Shown here in pieces: positions 57,479 to 64,000 of a DNA stretch of 64,000 nt. The stretch spans positions 19,115 to 83,114 of the forward strand of contig JBEGVZ010000006.1 in NCBI GenBank assembly GCA_041178085.1, read 5' to 3'. The notes below the pieces were generated by a model. The model was not told the origin of the DNA and did no database searches. It saw only the letters and a list, made by a program, of their open reading frames with translations. The stretch comes from Pseudomonadota bacterium. GTDB lineage: Bacteria; Bdellovibrionota_B; Oligoflexia; Oligoflexales; RGVZ01. How positions within the stretch are numbered: position 1 is the stretch's first letter; each line of letters begins with the position of its first letter. The translations under genes were made by a program, and so were the position numbers.

Positions 57479-58516
57479 ATGGCAAACACAACCCTTGGTG
57501 ACCGCATCCTGGTGATGGGCGCGGGCAACTTCGGTACTTGCCTTGCGCAACATCTCGCTGAAAAGGGTCACCCGGTGACTATCTGGGCGCGTTCGCCTGA
57601 AATTGCCACCGGCATCAACCAAAACCGGAAAAATCCCAAATACTTGACCGCGCTAACCTTATCATCGCGAATTACGGCAATCAACAACATCACAGATGAT
57701 GTTCTGCGCGAACACCGGATCATTGTCCTTGCGACTGCGGCTCAGGCACTCTCCGAGGTGCTTAAAATATTGGCAGCACACGGCGTTACCAGGGACCACC
57801 TGCTGGTCTGCGCGGCAAAAGGGATCGAAGTGTCGACCATGCGCCTTCCGGGCCAGATGATCTCGGACGCCCTCGGCGAAGACACGGGCAAAAAAGCGGT
57901 GTTTCTCTCCGGTCCCAGTTTTGCTTCTGAAGTCGCGAGCCACCAGCCCACTGCCGTTGTCGCTGCCAGTCACGACACGGAGCGCGCACAGACTGTGCAG
58001 GCTTTGTTCCACGCACCGCACTTTCGCGTCTACACCAGCGACGACCCGGTCGGCGTGGAACTCGCGGGCGCACTGAAAAACGTGATCGCCATTGCTGCAG
58101 GTGCTTCTGTGGGCCTTGGCTTCGAAATGAACTCACGTGCCGCCCTGATCACTCGGGGGCTGGCCGAAATCAGCCGCATTGGGCGCGCCATGGGGGCAAA
58201 TCCCCTGACTTTTGTTGGGCTTGCCGGGGTGGGCGATCTGTTCCTGACCTGCACTTCCGAAAAGAGCCGGAACTTCCAGGTCGGATTCCGCCTTGGCCGG
58301 GGCGAAAAAATCGACCGGATCCTTGCCACGCTGGGATCGGTCTCTGAAGGTTACGCGACGACCATGGCCGCCAAGGACCTTGCGCAAAAACTTGGTGTCG
58401 ATGCCCCGATCACTGAGGCCACTTATGGCGTCCTTTATGAAGCCCGTCCGATCGCACAAGCCGTGATGGGATTGTTGACGCGCGACGCAAAACCGGAGAT
58501 CGACAAGCCCAAATGA
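57479..58516 (+). CDS. gpsA: NAD(P)H-dependent glycerol-3-phosphate dehydrogenase
   Basis: GAGNFG, KGIE, SGPSFA, GALKNV, GDLFLTC, SRN. Confidence 0.95.
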   Translation: MANTTLGDRILVMGAGNFGTCLAQHLAEKGHPVTIWARSPEIATGINQNRKNPKYLTALTLSSRITAINNITDDVLREHRIIVLATAAQALSEVLKILAAHGVTRDHLLVCAAKGIEVSTMRLPGQMISDALGEDTGKKAVFLSGPSFASEVASHQPTAVVAASHDTERAQTVQALFHAPHFRVYTSDDPVGVELAGALKNVIAIAAGASVGLGFEMNSRAALITRGLAEISRIGRAMGANPLTFVGLAGVGDLFLTCTSEKSRNFQVGFRLGRGEKIDRILATLGSVSEGYATTMAAKDLAQKLGVDAPITEATYGVLYEARPIAQAVMGLLTRDAKPEIDKPK

Positions 58517-59667
58517 ACGCTTCGGCCGCCATCATCGCCATCGGTACCGAAGTCAGTAGCGGTGAGATCATCAACAGCAACGCATCATGGCTAGCTGGCA
58601 AACTGGATGCGGCAGGGATCTCTGTCGCACTCCATCTGGCCGTCCCTGATGAAGAATCGCCGATCCAGGATGCCCTTGGCTTTGCCGCTGCCCGTGCCAG
58701 CCATATCCTGACCATTGGCGGACTTGGCCCGACGACAGATGATTTCACGCGCGACGTGATCGCTCGCTGGTCCGGTGGACTGGAAATGGACTTCGATCCG
58801 CCGTCGTGGGAGCGCATCGCAGAGCGTTTTCAACGCCTTGGGCGCTCAGCACCCGAATCAAACAAACAGCAGTGCTACTTTCCACGCGGAAGTAAAATTC
58901 TTTTCAACTCTGAGGGATCAGCGAACGCCTTCTCTCTGTCGGCGCGCGGGGTCGAACTGACAGCACTGCCCGGGCCACCCAGGGAAATGCAGGCTATCTG
59001 GAACGATCACCTTGCTGCCCGTTTCTCATCCGTCGGCGAGCAAAGCGGCAAACCGAAGCTTCACACTTGGGCGTGCCTTGGAGTGCCTGAGTCGACCTTG
59101 GCGGAACAGGTTGAAGCGCTGATGAAAGGAAGCGGCCTGCAACTGGGCTACCGCGCGTCGGCACCGGTCGTTCACGTTAAAGTATGGGTCCCACTTGATT
59201 GCGCTGCACAGGCCAGACCGTTTCTGGAAAAACTGGACCAGGCGCTCGACGCGGTTTGCATCGCGCGCAACGGCCAAGACCCCCTCACGAACATGAAGGA
59301 AGCCCTAATCCGAAGGCGCACTGAACTAAAGCTCAAATTGTTTGATGAAGTGACGGCGGGAATTTTTGCGGGTCGGCTGGCAGATCTTCTGCGCCCGCAA
59401 GGCATTCCCTTCGTCATGAACACTTTTCATGCTGTACAGCCAAGACACGACCAGCCAAGCGAGGCTGACTGGCTTGAGGTGGCGCTGACGGCAACGACTG
59501 AGGGCACGCGCCTGACAGTGCGCAACAAGGGGAGGATTTCCTCCAGCAACTTGCCTGGCAGCGTAATGCCCGCCGCCAGCGACGCGCTTCAAATCAACCG
59601 GACAAGATTGCTCACGACGGAGCATGCCTTGTATGCCCTGGGCAAAGCGCTGAGCGGATTGCCTTGA
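58513..59667 (+). CDS. cinA: CinA-like protein (MoCF/COG1058 domain + KH + degenerate C-terminal domain)
   Basis: IGTEVSSGEIINSN, GGLGPTTDDFT, LPGPPREM, GVPESTL. Confidence 0.8.
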   Translation: MNASAAIIAIGTEVSSGEIINSNASWLAGKLDAAGISVALHLAVPDEESPIQDALGFAAARASHILTIGGLGPTTDDFTRDVIARWSGGLEMDFDPPSWERIAERFQRLGRSAPESNKQQCYFPRGSKILFNSEGSANAFSLSARGVELTALPGPPREMQAIWNDHLAARFSSVGEQSGKPKLHTWACLGVPESTLAEQVEALMKGSGLQLGYRASAPVVHVKVWVPLDCAAQARPFLEKLDQALDAVCIARNGQDPLTNMKEALIRRRTELKLKLFDEVTAGIFAGRLADLLRPQGIPFVMNTFHAVQPRHDQPSEADWLEVALTATTEGTRLTVRNKGRISSSNLPGSVMPAASDALQINRTRLLTTEHALYALGKALSGLP

Positions 59668-59698
59668 ATCAGAGTCGTGTGTCCGTCGTATTGACGAT

Positions 59699-60067
59699 CT
59701 ATTGCGCATTCAAGAATGCGTGCAGCGCGTCGATTTCGCCCGCAAGGTGCGGAAACAGGGGCATTCCCTCACCGGGACGCTTCGGTTTATAGCCTTCCGG
59801 ATAGCCGCCTTTGACGAGGCGCGCTTCCAGCAGCTCCCGGGAACTGCCAAACACTTCCGGGCCAACAGAACCCGAAAGCTTTGGGTTCATGTTGTGACAT
59901 GCCATGCAGTTCCCGGCATAGACTGTCTTGCCGCGCTGGATCAACTGGGCTTTTGGATCGGCTGCGCCACCGACGCTGCTTGTTCCTGGTGAGGAAGAAC
60001 AACGGCAGCTGGTAACCAGACCAGCTGCCGCGAAAATCGAAACAAAAATCAGGTGCCGTTTAACCAC
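59699..60067 (-). CDS. Monoheme cytochrome c lipoprotein
   Basis: CMACH heme motif, distal Met (GMP), lipobox VTSC. Confidence 0.9.
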   Translation of the reverse strand: MVKRHLIFVSIFAAAGLVTSCRCSSSPGTSSVGGAADPKAQLIQRGKTVYAGNCMACHNMNPKLSGSVGPEVFGSSRELLEARLVKGGYPEGYKPKRPGEGMPLFPHLAGEIDALHAFLNAQ

Positions 60068-60764
60068 GGGCCATCAACTCGACAACGAGATAAAGAACAA
60101 TAGCGAGCCCAAGGCCTGCGTGGATCACACCTTTTACGGTTGCCAGCGGACCGAGCTTCGATCCTTTGACCGCATTGAACTCAATCGCTCCAAGCAGCAC
60201 CGCGAGCACCAGCCACATCATGCCTAGATTGGCGTTTTCACCGATCTGAAGAGGCAAGTGGGAAGCTGCGCCCATGAAGAACAGCATGGGGATCGAGAAC
60301 AAAGTGTTGGTGCGGGAAGCGAGCATGGCGCGCGCGCCTGCCGCCGCCGCGGCAGGATTGACCGCTTGTCCCTGCGCGACCGCCGTCGTCGAGGCAATCA
60401 CGATCTTCTTGTTTGGCCAGATCACAAGCCAGACGTTCAGGAACATGATCGTTGCGAGCAGCGAGCCGACCAGGATGTTGATGCCCCAGGCGGTCAGGTA
60501 AACACTGTGTCCGTTCATGTTGCCGTACATGAGGAGCATGACGAGGCCCGTGATAAACGTAAACATCGCACCCCAACGGAACCACCAGAGGGCGCGCGGA
60601 ACGAGCTTCTGGATGTTGTTCGACTTGGTCGGACCGTCAAGCTCGGCAAAGGCCGGCATCTGGGTCAGGTTGAAATAATACAGGTGGCCGATCCAGGTGA
60701 TTCCGAAGATGAAGTGAAGCCACTTGAAAATGTAATAAATTCCTGCAGTTGTAAAAATCGACAC
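60060..60764 (-). CDS. PuuD/Urate_ox_N-like membrane protein
   Basis: KWLHFIFGITWIGHLYYFN, LWWFRWGA, MFLNVWLVIWP, SRTNT..SIPMLFFM. Confidence 0.8.
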   Translation of the reverse strand: MSIFTTAGIYYIFKWLHFIFGITWIGHLYYFNLTQMPAFAELDGPTKSNNIQKLVPRALWWFRWGAMFTFITGLVMLLMYGNMNGHSVYLTAWGINILVGSLLATIMFLNVWLVIWPNKKIVIASTTAVAQGQAVNPAAAAAGARAMLASRTNTLFSIPMLFFMGAASHLPLQIGENANLGMMWLVLAVLLGAIEFNAVKGSKLGPLATVKGVIHAGLGLAIVLYLVVELMARG

Positions 60765-60923
60765 AGGGCACTCCCGATGCGTAAAAGCGGTTGGTTACAC
60801 GGTCTTTTTTGGACCGCAAAAAATACTCCGACCCAAGTGATAAAGCATTGGAACTCTTGGCGCAACCGCGGTATTCCGGGCTTCTTGAGTGTATGATTTT
60901 TGCGCAGCAAGGAACCGGGCTCC

Positions 60924-61700
60924 ATGTACTGCATCGCCAATTTCTACCGCTTTGTCCGCCTTGACGACCCGCAAGCCGTAAAGACTGCGATTGAGGGTCG
61001 AGCGTCGGCCGCCGGCCTCGTAGGTACGGTCCTGATTGGCCACGAAGGAATCAACGCAGGACTCGCCGGCCCGGACAGCCAGGCAATTGCGAACCTGATT
61101 GCATCGCTTGGGAACATCCACCTGGGGCTGGCTAACCTTGAGCCAAAGTGGAGCGCAGGCGAAAGCCTTCCCTACAAGTGGTTGGAAGTGAAGGTTAAAA
61201 AGGCGATCGTCACCTTTGCTGGCGACCAGGATCCGGATGTTGAGACGATCCATTCGGCTGCGCGCCTGACACCCGCCGAGTTTGACCAGATGATGGCCGA
61301 ACGCGGCCACGAAGTGGTCGTAGTCGACACCCGCAATAACTACGAATTCCAGTACGGTCATTTTGATGGCGCGGTGGACCTGGGCATCAAAAAATTCAAA
61401 GATTTTCCGGAAGCATTCCAGGCACGCTACGGATCAGAAAAAGATCGGACGTTTGTCTTTTTCTGCACGGGTGGTATCCGCTGCGAAAAAGCCGTGCCGT
61501 GGGCAAATCAAAAAGGCTTCAAGAACGTCTTTCAAATCGAAGGCGGAATCATCAAATATCTTGAGCACCACAAGAACGCAGGCGGCGAGGAAAATTCCCG
61601 CTGGCGCGGCAGCTGTTTTGTCTTCGATCAGCGATGGGCGATCGATGGACAGCTTTCAGAAACCAGCCATGAGCCGCCAGGTCAATCGCGAACCTGTTGA
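60924..61700 (+). CDS. Rhodanese-domain tRNA hydroxylase-like protein (TrhO/UPF0176)
   Basis: FYRF, EGIN, DTRNNYE, FCTGGIRCEK, GGIIKY, CFVFDQR. Confidence 0.88.
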   Translation: MYCIANFYRFVRLDDPQAVKTAIEGRASAAGLVGTVLIGHEGINAGLAGPDSQAIANLIASLGNIHLGLANLEPKWSAGESLPYKWLEVKVKKAIVTFAGDQDPDVETIHSAARLTPAEFDQMMAERGHEVVVVDTRNNYEFQYGHFDGAVDLGIKKFKDFPEAFQARYGSEKDRTFVFFCTGGIRCEKAVPWANQKGFKNVFQIEGGIIKYLEHHKNAGGEENSRWRGSCFVFDQRWAIDGQLSETSHEPPGQSRTC

Positions 61701-62686
61701 GCAAATTGCGCAAACCGCCGGATGATATCGCCCGCGGATTCGATCTTCTCAATCCCCTCAACACTTTTTCCGGCCTGCCAGAAGTCTTTGTAAGCGGAGC
61801 CTTTCTCTAGCGTGTTCTTAAGTTGGCGCAGCGAATTCAAGGCGTAAAAAGTCCGCATCCAGTGTTTGGTTCGTGAATTTTTCAAAAGCATGCGTGCAAT
61901 GGGCCCGGCCTTCAGGCCCATTTTTTCTATGTATGGCGTCTTGATCACGGCTACCGGCACGCCGCTGATCTTTTCGGTCGCAACGATGTCGTCCGCGCGC
62001 GCTTGCAAGATCGCTTGCTTGTAGTCGGGGTGGGTCTTGCACTCGGTGGTGGCAATGAAGCGCGTACCCATCTGGATGCCTGAGTAGCCCATCTCGAGCG
62101 CCCGGACGAAATCCCGTTCATCCCCAATGCCGCCGGCGCAGATAAGCGGCTTGCCCAGGTCGCGCAATGTTTCCACCAGGCGCTCTGGGCTTTCCGATCC
62201 CAGATGCCCGCCAGCGCGGTCGTTGACGCAGATCAGGCCATCAATATCACTTTCAAGAGCCTTCTCCGCCCACTTGCGGTTTACGACATCATGATAGACA
62301 ACACCTCCCAGCGGCTTGACCCGGTCCACCACCCAGCGGGGGTTACCCAGCGCGGTGATGAAAAAACGAACACCTTCCTCAAGCGCGATATCCAACCAGG
62401 CCTTCATCTGGTCCTCGTAGCGTTTGACCGATTTTTCGATGAGAAGGTTGAAACCGATGGGCTTGCTGGTCAGGGAGCGGATGTAACGGATCCCTTCCCG
62501 AAAATCGTATTTATGCACATAAGTCAATGATATCGGCTGGATAATTCCGATTCCACCGGCTTCAGACGCCGCTGCAACCAGCTCCGGATTGCTGCACGGA
62601 TACATGGCTCCGCAAATAATCGGGTAGGCTATCCTTGCGTGACGGGTGAAATCCGTTTCAAGATTAGGCGTTTTTTGGTCCAACAT
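61682..62686 (-). CDS. Nitronate monooxygenase/FabK-like flavoprotein
   Basis: PIICGAM, SEAGGIG, AGGH, AGGIGD, QMGTRFIATTE. Confidence 0.9.
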   Translation of the reverse strand: MLDQKTPNLETDFTRHARIAYPIICGAMYPCSNPELVAAASEAGGIGIIQPISLTYVHKYDFREGIRYIRSLTSKPIGFNLLIEKSVKRYEDQMKAWLDIALEEGVRFFITALGNPRWVVDRVKPLGGVVYHDVVNRKWAEKALESDIDGLICVNDRAGGHLGSESPERLVETLRDLGKPLICAGGIGDERDFVRALEMGYSGIQMGTRFIATTECKTHPDYKQAILQARADDIVATEKISGVPVAVIKTPYIEKMGLKAGPIARMLLKNSRTKHWMRTFYALNSLRQLKNTLEKGSAYKDFWQAGKSVEGIEKIESAGDIIRRFAQFAQQVRD

Positions 62687-62796
62687 GGTTTGGTAACCTC
62701 CCGTCCCTTGGTCTCTGGACTCGACGCGGGCATTAAAAATGCCCAGTCATTACAGTGTACCGGGTCGGAAGCATTTTACGAGAGCACGGGGAACTA

Positions 62797-64000
62797 ATGG
62801 CCAAGGCACCACGTCAAATTACGACCAGCAGCACCGCTGAGTACTTTTCCAAGAACCTTCAGCAGGTTGGATTTTCATCGCCAACCAAGGCCGTGCTCAC
62901 GACCGTCAAGGAGGCGCTCGACAACGCCCTCGACGCTTGCGAAGACCACCACATTGCCCCCGACATCAATGTCGAAGTGGAAAAAGTGGGTAACGGCCAC
63001 TTGAAGAACACCGATCGCATCAGGATCAAGGTGGAAGACAACGGCCCGGGGATCGACCAGGGCGACATTGCCAAGGTCTTCGGCGAATACCTTGCTTCCT
63101 CAAAGTTCGGTCGCGGCCGCTGCTCACGCGGCCAGCAAGGTATCGGTATTTCCGCTGCCACGACCTGGGCACTGCAGACGACTGCCAAAGGCGTCACCGT
63201 CGTCACCAAGACCAAGGGTCAGAAAAAGGCCGTCAAATGCCTGGTGGAAGTCGACATCAAGAACAACAAGGGCATCATCCGCGAAAAAGACACCGTTGAT
63301 TGGGATCGTCCAACGGGAACCTCCGTCGAATTCCTGATCGACGGACGTATCCAACTCAACGGCGAAGCAGGTCTGGTCAACTACCTGCGCGGAAACGTCC
63401 TGGTCAACCCGCACATGGCGATCACCTACACGCTACCCGACGTCGGAAAAACCCGCGTCGAACGGGTCAGCGAAGAAGTCCCGCAAGTCCCGGACGCAAC
63501 GGAGCCTCATCCCCATACGATGAAGCTGGGTGATTTCATCAGCCACGCACGCCTGTTCGGCAAAGTGAAGATGAGCAACTGGCTGAAGCAGGGTTTCTCA
63601 CGCCTCAACGACAAGGCGATCGCGGAACTGTGGGCAGAACAAAAACTGCCAAAGGCCTTTCTGGAAAAGGGCGTCGACACCCTGAATGAAAAAGACCTGA
63701 CGCAGGTTTACACTGCGATCCAGAACGCCAAGCTGATGCCGCCATCGACCCAGTCCGTGATGTCGATCGGGGAGGAAGCCCTCTCTCTCAGCATACAGCG
63801 CCTTGGTGACGTGGACTTTTTTTCGGTCATCAGCCGCAAGCCGTGCATCTGCGATTTCAAACCAGTCCAGGTCGAAGTCGCCATCGCACGCCTGAAAGAA
63901 CGCAAGGGCGAGGACCAGGACGAACCAGTGCAGGTCCTGCGCTTTGCCAACCGCGTGCCACTCCAGTTTGACAAAGCCGCATGCGCCATCGTGAAGGCCA
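62797..64000 (+). CDS. top6B: DNA topoisomerase VI subunit B (partial, runs off right edge)
   Basis: Not in ORF track. Manual translation from ATG 62797: AEYFSKNLQQVGF, KEALDNALDA, VEDNGPGI, SSKF, SRGQQGIGIS, PHPH, VLRFANRVPL (GHKL and transducer motifs of Top6B). Confidence 0.93.
   Translation, partial: MAKAPRQITTSSTAEYFSKNLQQVGFSSPTKAVLTTVKEALDNALDACEDHHIAPDINVEVEKVGNGHLKNTDRIRIKVEDNGPGIDQGDIAKVFGEYLASSKFGRGRCSRGQQGIGISAATTWALQTTAKGVTVVTKTKGQKKAVKCLVEVDIKNNKGIIREKDTVDWDRPTGTSVEFLIDGRIQLNGEAGLVNYLRGNVLVNPHMAITYTLPDVGKTRVERVSEEVPQVPDATEPHPHTMKLGDFISHARLFGKVKMSNWLKQGFSRLNDKAIAELWAEQKLPKAFLEKGVDTLNEKDLTQVYTAIQNAKLMPPSTQSVMSIGEEALSLSIQRLGDVDFFSVISRKPCICDFKPVQVEVAIARLKERKGEDQDEPVQVLRFANRVPLQFDKAACAIVKA

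Noticed and set aside
1..64000. CRISPR array, IS/transposase, prophage, rRNA, defence island
   Set aside because: No regularly spaced repeats or diagnostic genes seen by eye; short or degenerate elements could have been missed

Overview
Compact, GC-rich bacterial chromosomal segment, mostly housekeeping genes. Gene content (archaeal-type topoisomerase VI B, a membrane-arm-only nuo cluster, GldA/F/G-like ABC module, pilB-pilC, many secreted or lipoprotein hypotheticals) suggests Bdellovibrionota/Oligoflexia or a related deltaproteobacteria-like lineage; this is inference. A long minus-strand run (14735->1) carries ppx/gppA, holA, a propeller-like protein, a soluble lytic transglycosylase, cyoE flanked by two unlisted small membrane ORFs, a PGDH-like dehydrogenase, NifU-C, secreted hypotheticals, a vWA lipoprotein, HD-GYP and a sulfatase-like protein. 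It is followed by a TolB-like lipoprotein, ribF, a PilZ-like protein, aroE, M14 peptidase, fatty acid desaturase, queG, kdsA, a pilin-like gene, tRNA-Phe/secG/tRNA-Leu, tesA-ybbA-ybbP-like genes, ALDH, a Zn-ribbon protein, pilC/pilB, pduO, ihfA, trpS, penicillin acylase, Gld-like ABC, EamA, Lgt-like, nuoAHJKLMN, gpsA, cinA, split PuuD + cytochrome c, trhO-like, NMO and top6B (partial). I saw no CRISPR array, transposase, integrase or prophage. No single clearly novel multi-gene system can be demonstrated from sequence alone. The most notable oddities are two divergent genes whose start codons share one CATG, the small ORFs around cyoE, the split PuuD/cytochrome c pair, the membrane-arm-only complex I cluster, and several enzymes with degenerate motifs.
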